Positions 25,592 through 33,583 of a stretch of 64,000 nucleotides of DNA are shown piece after piece. The number at the start of each line of letters is the position of its first letter. Position 1 is the first letter of the stretch. Source of the DNA: Tubiluchus corallicola (taxonomy: Eukaryota > Animalia > Priapulida); assembly GCA_030141605.1 (NCBI GenBank), contig JAQGDQ010000727.1, positions 1 to 64,000 of the forward strand. The letters are read 5' to 3'. The notes below the pieces were generated by a model. The model ran no database searches and had not been told where the DNA came from. It worked only from the letters and a program-made list of their open reading frames with translations. Both the position numbers and the translations under genes were made by a program.

Positions 25592-26024
25592 GTTGGTTGG
25601 TTGGTTGGTTGGTTGGGGTTGGTTAGTTGGTTAGTTAGTCAGTCAGTTAGTTAATTAATTTCACATGTTTATGGATCAATCGTGACAGTTTCTCCTATTC
25701 TTTACAGCTACCACATGTTGGATTATCACACCAGAACTGTTTCGTGACAACGCCAGATCCTCTGCCGTCGGTTTATCATCTCTTGTCACATTCGGAAGCA
25801 ATGGAATCTTTGCCTTCTCTTTCCTTCCCCTCTATACAGCCATGAACCAATACGTGTTCCTCATCTTCGCCGCTTTTTCCGCCATCTTTTTCGTGCACAT
25901 TTTTCTGGAGCTGCCGGAAACGAAGAGGAAATCTCCCGACGAGAATTTTTCCCATTTCTTGCACAAACACGAAAGGAGACAAGAAGAGAAAAATGGCGTC
26001 ATGCTACAGTCCACGCGTTTGTAA
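2028..26024 (+). CDS. Multi-exon SLC2A/GLUT-family (MFS sugar porter) transporter gene, ~483-494 aa
   Basis: Exons with AG/GT borders and consistent phases: [2028-2060 tentative], 3099-3197, 3811-3971, 7229-7353, 8124-8291, 9846-9950, 11816-11904, 20081-20179, 22799-23011, 23781-23856, 25708-26024. The ten confident exons sum to 1452 nt, in frame. Motifs include GYN..VMNAP, DKYGRK, GRILTG, EIAP..RG, DRLGRR, PELF and LPETK. Confidence 0.9.
2311..2891. mobile_element. Non-autonomous DNA transposon, Kolobok-like (TTAA|AGG...CCT|TTAA)
   Basis: TTAA at 2307-2310 and 2892-2895. An inverted full copy lies at ~23075-23695, with partial copies at ~7800-7990 and ~11015-11215. Confidence 0.65.
3099..3197 (+). 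CDS. GLUT exon (TFSAALLLTMASVFIGAPFSLGYNMVVMNAPLD, TM1)
   Basis: ttttacag|...|gtaagc; corresponds to GLUT1 exon 2. Confidence 0.9.
3811..3971 (+). CDS. GLUT exon (LLTDFFNQSY...IADKYGR)
   Basis: tttacag|...|gtaagc; 161 nt; N-glycosylation sequon NQS in loop 1. Confidence 0.9.
4031..4715. repeat. Minisatellite, ~61-bp unit x ~11
   Basis: Unit gtatctcgaatgtcatatctcgtggccatgaactgctatttttcgatacataatttacaacc. Confidence 0.95.
4927..5210. repeat. (TAATAG)n microsatellite, tail of the inverted LINE copy
   Basis: Direct reading. Confidence 0.95.
5207..6895 (-). repeat. Right arm of the inverted duplication (contains the LINE 3' fragment and MITE)
   Basis: Reverse complement of 1-1690. Confidence 0.95.
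7229..7353 (+). CDS. GLUT exon (KPAILANNAIAF...GRILTGIHG)
   Basis: tttttcag|...|gtctgt; an alternative in-frame acceptor lies at 7199. Confidence 0.9.
7378..7770. repeat. Degenerate tandem repeat, ~133-bp unit x3
   Basis: Recurring aaatc(t/g)ctctgca..cagcagctgatgtgaccaa..ttgttcagttgtga. Confidence 0.85.
8124..8291 (+). CDS. GLUT exon (YGVVATVYFVEIAPKDVRG...WPILL)
   Basis: tttttgcag|...|gtgagc. Confidence 0.9.
8455..8574 (+). rRNA. Animal 5S rRNA-derived sequence (pseudogene or SINE3 head)
   Basis: ctacggcc..cacgttgaaaacaccgcttctcgtctgatcaccgaagttaagcaacg..gttagtacttggatgggtgaccgcct..ggtgctgtaggctt; 120 nt with A and C boxes; no oligo-T terminator follows. Confidence 0.9.
8456..8979 (+). 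mobile_element. 5S-derived SINE (SINE3-type), ~525 bp
   Basis: 5S head plus a ~405-bp GC-rich body, flanked by the TSD aatactctata (8445-8455) / aatactcaata (8980-8990). The empty site is visible in the MITE copy at ~26150. Confidence 0.8.
9300..9643. mobile_element. piggyBac-type MITE
   Basis: TTAA TSD (9296-9299, 9644-9647); 14-bp TIR CCCTTATAGGGTCA/TGACCCTATAAGGG; a single TTAA at the empty site ~27842. Confidence 0.9.
9846..9950 (+). CDS. GLUT exon (FTAFTSAIQTCTLPLSKETPVFWLMQKREDLSQD)
   Basis: tttttaag|...|gtgagc; the PESP motif appears as KETP. Confidence 0.85.
10111..10628. repeat. Tandem repeat, ~130-bp unit x4
   Basis: Recurring tattaaggc..gtgtgaac..gtggctccatctagctggaaagttt..gggcattgacccagttatg. 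Confidence 0.9.
11244..11685. mobile_element. Kolobok-like MITE
   Basis: TTAA TSD; TIR aggacaagaaaatgcc / ggccatttccttgtcct. Confidence 0.75.
11816..11904 (+). CDS. GLUT exon (LRFFRKSKDIKSEWEAMKHDASEIADIKM, central loop)
   Basis: gtttcag|...|gtgggt; phase consistent. Confidence 0.85.
11967..12227. repeat. (AAGT)n/(AAGC)n microsatellite, tail of the minus-strand LINE
   Basis: Direct reading. Confidence 0.95.
13961..14321 (+). mobile_element. Solo LTR (361 bp)
   Basis: TGTTG...CAACA termini, 5-bp TSD GTCTT (13956-13960, 14322-14326), TATATAA at 14084, AATAAA at ~14258. Confidence 0.9.
13998..14090 (+). promoter_or_regulatory. Heat-shock-element cluster plus TATA box in the LTR
   Basis: GAAcaTTCtaGAAtgTTC (13998-14015), GAAtgTTC (14042-14049), TTCtaGAAgcTTC (14061-14073), TATATAA (14084-14090). 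Confidence 0.75.
14739..17264 (-). CDS. Intronless single-pass cadherin-repeat membrane protein (841 aa), nested antisense in a GLUT intron
   Basis: Signal peptide; cadherin motifs (VSEEMPVG, ARAKDGD, ELDFQ, NTNNENPEF, ATDKDG, ISEHEPVGT, RLNAE); TM at ~aa 664-686; acidic tail with a 20-aa repeat. Confidence 0.85.
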   Translation of the reverse strand: MIRKQVVRFSVLLIIVSIEKVKARMKHVGRWPGPACIHKVRYPTGEPGRTKLSDWDDWTYELETRKEFEIGLNQKINTDITRTWYRSSAAGTVHIYPAVHFYQPANEPPNDNKLFRPYCGLKDPYGAQLQQMKHFKEYLEAHRPEAFESMLVNLTVRFKCLPWYVTKLQNTGIQWYNYRPKPREDPRRYHDVTLTIPVKPIDWGNPSFINTKNRILRVSEEMPVGRKIFTARAKDGDYFKEAQRFTLCVPSFLPPINQTPTCDGDEYFESKSVAATSGEASLGVHLRKELDFQVKKNLKTNIVAIIDSRLPRDDYEAKYVSAELKIIVVNTNNENPEFAHRFYKANADSEEPHSTLTIQPANIKATDKDGLGNSVFFTFPFSEQVDGMFKIGRTDARITVAKQLPAKANYYALIQATEDEDNDHYDRALLSITVRQSNVEFNEDGYSAEISEHEPVGTVVVILFASKGKAQMPVSYTLATKDGRTAEEFELNIDVDESCLRVVTKSRLNAEVTDHHDLIIEATDEETRTEINEVAVTVKVKQVLTKNPEFTSKIYKLNSNGAVGSSAGQVKAVYPSQAKDQILYALLNYKNAFDISNDGTISLKQKPNGTLVVGLSACITPVDAENEERCGYAQAIINVPTNPSDFLLKHLARAGQTEWSTTGIWLLRLTTGVILVASVALLVFIVRREKSSKVTPGSAQAGETEEWVEEKDTFTDKDDAEKHDEVEVISVEEENVEDDAEKHDEVEVISVEEENVEDDAEKHDETEVISVEKENVEESPEGKIASAESIGAQDSPEKMVTADEKMNVKDSAEKKLDSAEVNDEDVTDTVAPTGGNDVDEA
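17599..18100 (-). mobile_element. Inverted copy of the hAT-like MITE
   Basis: Reverse complement of 8390-9761 without the nested inserts. Confidence 0.75.
18110..19499. repeat. Compound tetranucleotide microsatellite (AAGC/CAGT/AAGT/AGGT/GAGT)n, ~1.4 kb
   Basis: Direct reading. Confidence 0.97.
19500..19858 (-). mobile_element. Second 3'-end copy of the Rex1-like LINE
   Basis: Highly similar to 12228-12585. Confidence 0.85.
20081..20179 (+). CDS. GLUT exon (MTMFDIFRDKVHRRVQFLSFSIHLSLILGGCNA, TM7)
   Basis: ttccacag|...|gtgaga; ends at the conserved (GI)NA exon border. Confidence 0.85.
20422..21123. repeat. Minisatellite, 60-bp unit x ~11.7
   Basis: Unit ..ggcccgccaactagcg(g/a)tcagttcgcgaaacagtttgc..ttaacggtttagattttgcccaatttttgctatatacaa.. 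alternates as two 60-bp halves (true period 120 bp, ~6 copies). Confidence 0.9.
21869..22069. repeat. (CTA)n/(CTACTG)n microsatellite
   Basis: Direct reading. Confidence 0.95.
22799..23011 (+). CDS. GLUT exon (ALFYST...VDRLGRR...SLSFQ)
   Basis: cttacag|...|gtatcg. Confidence 0.9.
23075..23695. mobile_element. Inverted copy of the 2311-2891 Kolobok-like element
   Basis: Reverse-complement similarity along its length. Confidence 0.75.
23781..23856 (+). CDS. GLUT exon (EVKWVNNYLSVIIIAVFTAFGNFGP, TM10)
   Basis: tatttcag|...|gtgtga. Confidence 0.85.
25381..25655. repeat. Compound tetranucleotide microsatellite (TGTC/GGTT/AGTT/GCTT)
   Basis: Direct reading. Confidence 0.9.
25708..26024 (+). CDS. 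GLUT last coding exon (TTCWIITPELF...LPETK...STRL*)
   Basis: tttacag| acceptor, stop at 26022-26024. Confidence 0.9.
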
Positions 26025-26109
26025 TAACGAAAGTTTTTTATGCTAATTTGCTGGCTCTAGTCTCAGGAAAAACTACATCACAAACACTAGGGACTCGTCT
26101 GTAGATACT

Positions 26110-26580
26110 GTGAAACTGCAGCACCCTCTGTTTTCATTCAATATTATCGATAATATTCAATATAATAAGTCTTTGTTCTTTAGCTCTTTCTATATACTTG
26201 TACAGAAGCAGAGCACGTGAGTACTGTTTGCTTCACAGTCCAGCACAGTGATGTGTTTGGCTGTTGTGCGCATATGTCTCAGATAACAAGCTGTACGCAG
26301 CACTGCTAGCGTCTGCTGCTAGGTAGAGAAAGTACTGTCGCTAACACAGTACGTTCTCAGTTGTCACGTGCTTAAAAATCGCGTACCAGCATCATCTTGA
26401 CCTGCGGCCATTTAGGGTCGAGCAAAGAATATTTTTGTTTGGGACTTTATCAAGTTTATGTATAAATTACAATTACAACATTAAAGTTACACGTGTTTGT
26501 TTCGTTTTACACAGTGTTAAAACAATGGCAGAAACCTTCTGAAGCAGCAACCATACTAATTTTAACTACAGACTTCACTG
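26110..26580 (+). mobile_element. Uninterrupted, degenerate copy of the hAT-like MITE
   Basis: Similar to 8410-8450 plus 8990-9290 plus 9650-9745. Confidence 0.7.
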
Positions 26581-27567
26581 ATCACAAAGTACTCAGCTGA
26601 AAATAGTTGCCGTCTCCTAGATGTACAGAGCAATGATTCTCAACAAGTACAACACTTCCTAATTTCCTACACCTGCTGCAGCAGTCATGCCACAATTCTG
26701 GTACAGATTATGCAAAACAAAGCATCATTGATAAATCTTTAGAGCTGATGTCAACATAGCACAATCTACTATCTTTCTTCCTACCATTTCCACTAACACA
26801 TCCTTCTACCCTTCCTGTGTGATCTAACCTTTCTCCTAGTTCTTTTTTTTGCTCACTCATCCATTCTTTTTTTATCAGGTTCACATGACAGTGGGCTTAG
26901 ACAAGCCTTTGCTTCTCTAGCCCACTGCAGTACAATTATTCTTTTATGATAACGATGGTGATGAAACATAACAATTTAATACAGTATGACGTAATAATTT
27001 TGATGTCACTGTGTGCTTAATGTCATTATATTGTACTGAATGTGATAATAATAATAAATAAAAGAAAAATGTAAGTGTGAATCTTTGAATCAATTGTGAA
27101 CCTGCCTGATCATGATAACTTGTCATGTAGTGTGAGTTAGTTGGTTAAATAGGTAACATTTTATTTAGTAACATTACAACTAGTTATTATTGTGTTTTTT
27201 TTATTTATTGAACTATTAAGAAAAGAAATACAGGGGATAAGGACTAACGACTTAGAAACAAAAAACTTTCCGTGCAAATCCATATTACTTAGCATTCCGC
27301 TTCCTTGCTTGAAAGAATCATGTAATTAGAAAAGGAAATTATTGATTATTTAAAATGTTTTCACCAATTGGTAAAATGTCGCTCACTCACCCTCCAGGGT
27401 GCGCCACTCACTAACAAAAACGCATTTTTAATCTTTCTGACAAGATGCAGTAATTTTAATTTTTACTTAATTAGCAACATGTATGTTACCACGTTCTTAC
27501 CGTCATGTTCTTGGATGTGATAATGTGTAAACTTAGCGTGTGTGCTTAAAACATAAATTATTTGACA

Positions 27568-27974
27568 ATGGACGCCTTGCATCCACAAGAAATAAGTTCT
27601 GTGACTGTAAATGAACTACAACAGCTTAATTTTTCACAATTGTCTCTCCATGAGAAGGTTTCAATTAAGAAGAGACGCCGTTCAACACCTTCTCTTCGAA
27701 TATCTCGACCAAGGACAAGCAACAAGAACAACAAGAATTCGTAGCTTTTATTCTAAATGGTACCAACCAAAAATGCATTGTTTTGCTTCCCTTGTTTAGA
27801 ATTCTATCAAGTTTATGTGTAAAGCTTCATATCTTGTTTGTTTAAAATTACAATTACAAATTACAACATTAAAGTTACATAATTATGTTTGTTTCTCTTT
27901 ACACAGTATTAAAACGATGGCTAAAAGTTTTCCGAAGCAGCACCCCCATTAATTTTAGCCTGGAGCCGCCACAG
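27568..27974 (+). pseudogene. hAT-type transposase N-terminal remnant fused to the MITE right end
   Basis: FSQLSLHEKVSIKKRRRSTPSL, then a frameshift to RSFYSKWY, resembles the region upstream of the TTF zinc finger of hAT transposases. It is followed by the MITE end agccgccacag. Confidence 0.45.
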
Positions 27975-28851
27975 CATGTCGGAGATAATGCTAAACTAGT
28001 TTTGTTATAATTTTAAAGCATGCTGCGAAATGTAATATCTAGTTTCACTATTATAAATAAATAAATTTAAGCCACGTGTTGTGCATAACATACTGTTTAG
28101 TATTAGTACCGCCATCTATCGAAATTAAATGCAAACAAAAGCACAAGGCATAGGCACGTGCAAAATATAACAGGCAAAACACGCTAAAAACTCATTTACT
28201 GAATACTAAAGGTACGACTTCATTTGCGCGTAATGCGTGATGCGTAAACAAATGTTAAAAATTATTTAAACACGTGGAAGTGCTTCCATTTGTACGTAAT
28301 GCGTAATACAAAACGCGTAATACGTTTTCACTCGAACGCGATGGCTATCATCTGAACACGTATCACGCATTACGCATTACGTATCATGCGTACGCATTAC
28401 GGATCATACATTACGCGCGCACGGAGTCGCAAGTTAACACAGATGCAACATTTTACTATATTTTGCGTAATAATTACTTTAAAACGCAGGTTTGTCAAAT
28501 TTTTACTATTCGTTTTGTAGGGTGATGGAGTTACGATATTTTATCAAACGTTCTTTAAATTGAACAATCATTGTTTTATGAACGTAGAACAAAGAGCACG
28601 AATTCGAATCTAGGCTACTAAACTAAGTCTATGTAGGCTAACGATTAGTCGTATCATTGCGTTAGGATGCAGACGCTATTTTAATGTCTGCAGAATAATT
28701 TAAAAGAATGTGCGTTTTTTAAAAGTTTTTGGAATTTGGATTATCTCAAAATGAGCAATCAAGAAATAGAGGTAGACAGTTGAATACTTTGTTCTAGTAA
28801 GTAGTTCTTCTTTCTTCATATCTGTATGGCTTCGTAATTCCAGAGCAATGT

Positions 28852-30030
<1,179 letters not shown>

Positions 30031-30200
30031 TGCCAACTATACGGTACTATAATATTGCAACTATTCAATACATAATGCAGCTTATATTTAGGAAGTAATG
30101 AACGTATATTTACTTCAGAGATACTTGCTGTTACTCATTTATTGTTAGCGTGCAGTAATTCTCATTGGAACATCAGATGATGATGATGATGACGATGATC

Positions 30201-30484
30201 ATGATTTACAAGCTCGTGTCCATATTCGTCATCGTCTTTACTTTGCGTTTTCCTTTTTCTGATGCTGAAGGTAAATAAAGTTTTTAAATTGATTTTCTGT
30301 TTAACTAAACGTCTGTCACGAACGCGGCCTAGATTTTGATAGTTTTATCGTTACTTCTAATTTTAACCTCTTAGATCTTTGTAAAAAGTTGTCAGAAAGA
30401 AAATGTATGCGAATTGAATTTGCTGATAACGAAATTCTACGTGATTATACTGTTTACTACCAGCAGAAAACAAGAACGATAGAT
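30201..30484 (+). CDS. First two exons (30201-30270, 30375-30484) of a eukaryotic secreted or membrane protein, cut off by the junction
   Basis: MIYKLVSIFVIVFTLRFPFSDAE is signal-peptide-like with a phase-1 gtaaat donor. Then ttag|DLCKKLSERKCMRIEF...TRTID|gtaaga, in phase. Confidence 0.6.
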
Positions 30485-30540
30485 GTAAGACATGCGCGTA
30501 GTTGTTAAATAGCAATAGTTGTGTTAAGTAACTTTCTAAG

Positions 30541-30795
30541 CTAGTTATTCAAATGTAAGAAAGAGTTACTAACTGTTATAGGCAAGAAAATGTATATTTT
30601 GGACAGTAAATTAAAATGAGATTAAGTCTAAACCATCATCTGGTTTTCCTTTAACTGTATTTGTTCGTTCTATAAAAATCTGTCAAAGGAAAACCGGACG
30701 ATTGTTTAGACTCAATCTCATTTTAATTTACTGTCCAAAATATACATTTTCTTGCCTATAAAATTTAACAATTGTTTCTTATATTTGAATAATAG
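30541..30795. repeat. Foldback/MITE-like hairpin, ~110-bp arms
   Basis: tataggcaagaaaatgtatattttggacagtaaattaaaatgagatt.. versus ..aatctcattttaatttactgtccaaaatatacattttcttgcctata. Confidence 0.85.
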
Positions 30796-30836
30796 AATTC
30801 CTTTAGACTTAGGTGTACCAATGATTAAAGTATACT

Positions 30837-31133
30837 ACGGGTAACGACCTTAAAGAAAAAAAAATTACACTGCCACTAATACATACCCTCAGCACACTAC
30901 CGCCCAAAGAAAAAAAACACACACTCAACACTATAAAAAAACACCACAAAAACTCCAAGAAAATGAACCCTATTATAAAACTCGTTAACCAAAATGGAAG
31001 CATACAATATACCATCCAAAAAATGAATGAATATGCACAAAAAGCCTACAACATACTAGACCAATATCCCAACACTCCAACCAAAAAATCACTACAAAAA
31101 CTCATAGAATATACAATGAATAGGAAAAAATAA
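30837..31133 (+). CDS. ispB: 5'-truncated bacterial polyprenyl diphosphate synthase (IspB-like), C-terminal ~98 aa
   Basis: TGNDLKEKKITLPLIHTL...LIEYTMNRKK*. An in-frame TGA lies at 30822 and the DDxxD motif is missing, so homology starts at ~30835. Confidence 0.85.
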   Translation, partial: TGNDLKEKKITLPLIHTLSTLPPKEKKHTLNTIKKHHKNSKKMNPIIKLVNQNGSIQYTIQKMNEYAQKAYNILDQYPNTPTKKSLQKLIEYTMNRKK

Positions 31134-31167
31134 CGTATATTGAGAGAAGACATATCAAAATCATGTG

Positions 31168-31764
31168 ATGAAAAAGATAGCAATTACAGGAGGTATTGGA
31201 AGTGGCAAAACATACATTACAAAAATATTTAAAACACTTGGTATTCCCATATACTACTCTGATGCCAAAGCCAAAGAACTCTTAAACATCCACCCAGAAA
31301 TAAAGAAATCTCTCCAGCAAGCCTTTGGAAAAGATATATACACCCCGCAAGGTATTAACAAAAAAGCACTTGCTGATATCATTTTTCACAACAAACAAGC
31401 ACTACACACAGCCAACCAAATTATCCATCCTCACGTATTAGAAAATTATTTGCACTGGACACAACAACAAAAACAACAACAAGCAGCCTACACTATCAAC
31501 GAATCGGCCATTATATTTGAAACCCAACTACACGATTATTTCCATAAAATAATAACCGTAACAGCTCCGAAAAACTTACGCATACAACGCATAAAAAAAC
31601 GAGAAAAAGCAATAACAAAAGAAAAAATACAGGCTATTCTCAACAACCAAATACCTGAAGAAGAAAAAATACAAAAATCACACTACATCATCAACAATGA
31701 TGAAAAGCAACTCCTATTACCACAAATACTTGAAATACACCACCAAATAAGCAACGAAATATAA
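31168..31764 (+). CDS. coaE: Dephospho-CoA kinase
   Basis: ITGGIGSGKT P-loop, ESAIIFE. Confidence 0.95.
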   Translation: MKKIAITGGIGSGKTYITKIFKTLGIPIYYSDAKAKELLNIHPEIKKSLQQAFGKDIYTPQGINKKALADIIFHNKQALHTANQIIHPHVLENYLHWTQQQKQQQAAYTINESAIIFETQLHDYFHKIITVTAPKNLRIQRIKKREKAITKEKIQAILNNQIPEEEKIQKSHYIINNDEKQLLLPQILEIHHQISNEI

Positions 31765-31783
31765 CACAAAAATCACTTAGGCA

Positions 31784-32203
31784 TTAATAGGCTACCTTGC
31801 ATACCATATCTGCCAGTCCATCCACCATTTGTTGCAATTTGCTTTTCAACATCATTTTATACATTGCATTCAATTTGGCTTTCAAGGTAACTTTTACTCG
31901 TGTATCATTCTCTGCCACTTCCTTCATTTGAATCCAAATATTAAATTCTATTGGCAAGCCCTCCGCACCATATTTCACTACTTTGCAAGGCTCTTTATCA
32001 ACAATTTTCAAACCACCTGTCATTTTCTTGTTGATAGGAGCTGGAGCATTAAAAGAAAAACTACAACTATCGCCTGTGCTTTCCCAATTACTTATCACAT
32101 CAGGAGGAAGAACATTTTTAATATTATCAAAATTTGACCAAAATTCAAATACCTTTCCCTCCGAAGCCATTATTCTACCTTGCTTACTTTCATATTTAGC
32201 CAT
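31784..32203 (-). CDS. SRPBCC-family protein
   Basis: Typical Bacteroidetes pyrE-adjacent SRPBCC protein. Confidence 0.7.
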   Translation of the reverse strand: MAKYESKQGRIMASEGKVFEFWSNFDNIKNVLPPDVISNWESTGDSCSFSFNAPAPINKKMTGGLKIVDKEPCKVVKYGAEGLPIEFNIWIQMKEVAENDTRVKVTLKAKLNAMYKMMLKSKLQQMVDGLADMVCKVAY

Positions 32204-32223
32204 AAAACAATAATCTTTAAATC

Positions 32224-32868
32224 CTAATTTTCACAAGTCCAGTTATCAGGCATTAATCTCCATTTTTTCAAATGCTCCAAATCGTTCTCTTCCACATAGC
32301 CCATCTTCATAGCCTCCTCTATCAGTGTATTGTACCCCCCCAATGCTATTAACTCGCATTGGGCTTTTTCAAAGTTTTCCTTTGCCACTTGAAAGCCATA
32401 ACTAAAAATGGCTACTAAACCCAACACCTCGCAGCCTACTTCTCGCAAGGTATTTACAACTTTCAGGCTACTCCCTCCTGTAGAAACCAAGTCTTCTATT
32501 ACTACCACTTTTTGTCCAGCATTCACCTTCCCTTCTATTAAACTTTGTGTTTCCTGTTCCTTATCCGAAGGAGATACATATATAAACGGCAAGCCCAATA
32601 TTTCTGCCACCAAAACTCCCATAGCTATACCACCCGTAGCTACACCAGCCACTACATCTACATCCTTATATTTTTCTTTAATAATATCAGCAAATCCACC
32701 TTGCACAAACTTACTCACCTTAGGGTATGAAAGTATCTTGCGATTATTACAATAAATAGGAGACTTCCAACCCGAAGCCCAAGTAAAGGGACTTGCAGAA
32801 TTCAGTTTTATTGCCTTAATTTGCAAAAGGTATTCAGCCAGTTGCCTTGCTAATTTATTTCTATCCAT
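32224..32868 (-). CDS. pyrE: Orotate phosphoribosyltransferase
   Basis: FTWASGWKSPIYC, VVVIEDLVSTGGS. Confidence 0.93.
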   Translation of the reverse strand: MDRNKLARQLAEYLLQIKAIKLNSASPFTWASGWKSPIYCNNRKILSYPKVSKFVQGGFADIIKEKYKDVDVVAGVATGGIAMGVLVAEILGLPFIYVSPSDKEQETQSLIEGKVNAGQKVVVIEDLVSTGGSSLKVVNTLREVGCEVLGLVAIFSYGFQVAKENFEKAQCELIALGGYNTLIEEAMKMGYVEENDLEHLKKWRLMPDNWTCEN

Positions 32869-32875
32869 ACTGCAA

Positions 32876-33460
32876 ATGTATAAAATATACTTCAACCACC
32901 GAAAAATAAACCTCTCAAATCAAGAAGCCAATAACACCTACAACTGTCAAAACTTGCAAGAACTTACACAGCATCTTCATCATTTCAATCAAAATACTGA
33001 TATAGAAGAGCTCACCCTCTATCATCCCAACTTAGAGGTACTGCTTGAAAACTTTAAAATACATTTCACCTATCTTGAAGCTGCAGGTGGAGCAGTTTTC
33101 AATTCTCAGAATCAACTACTCATCATACATAGACTTGGCAAATGGGATTTACCCAAAGGCAAAATAAATAAAAAAGAAAGTCCAGAAACTACCGCCATCA
33201 GAGAAGTACAAGAAGAATGTGGAATTACAAACCTTATCATCCAAAAACACCTTACCAACACTTACCATACTTACACCATTGATGACAAGCCCATACTGAA
33301 AAAAACCCATTGGTACATCATCAACCATACAGGCAAACAATCCCTTACCCCGCAAGCTGAAGAAAACATTACAAAAGCCATATGGTTACCCCTCAATCAG
33401 TTACACACAATAACAAATAACACCTATCTTACTATTTTAGATGTACTGAAACAGCTTTAA
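32876..33460 (+). CDS. NUDIX hydrolase
   Basis: WDLPKGK..E..AIREVQEECG Nudix box. Confidence 0.9.
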   Translation: MYKIYFNHRKINLSNQEANNTYNCQNLQELTQHLHHFNQNTDIEELTLYHPNLEVLLENFKIHFTYLEAAGGAVFNSQNQLLIIHRLGKWDLPKGKINKKESPETTAIREVQEECGITNLIIQKHLTNTYHTYTIDDKPILKKTHWYIINHTGKQSLTPQAEENITKAIWLPLNQLHTITNNTYLTILDVLKQL

Positions 33461-33583
33461 CAACTACACGAACTATAATATTTGTAGGTTCTCATTCTCT
33501 ACTTAGCCTCTTTATTCAGCCGCAAGAAAAGAGAAAATGAACAATATTAAAAGACAAGGGGTTAATAAAAAGTATTTTATTAA

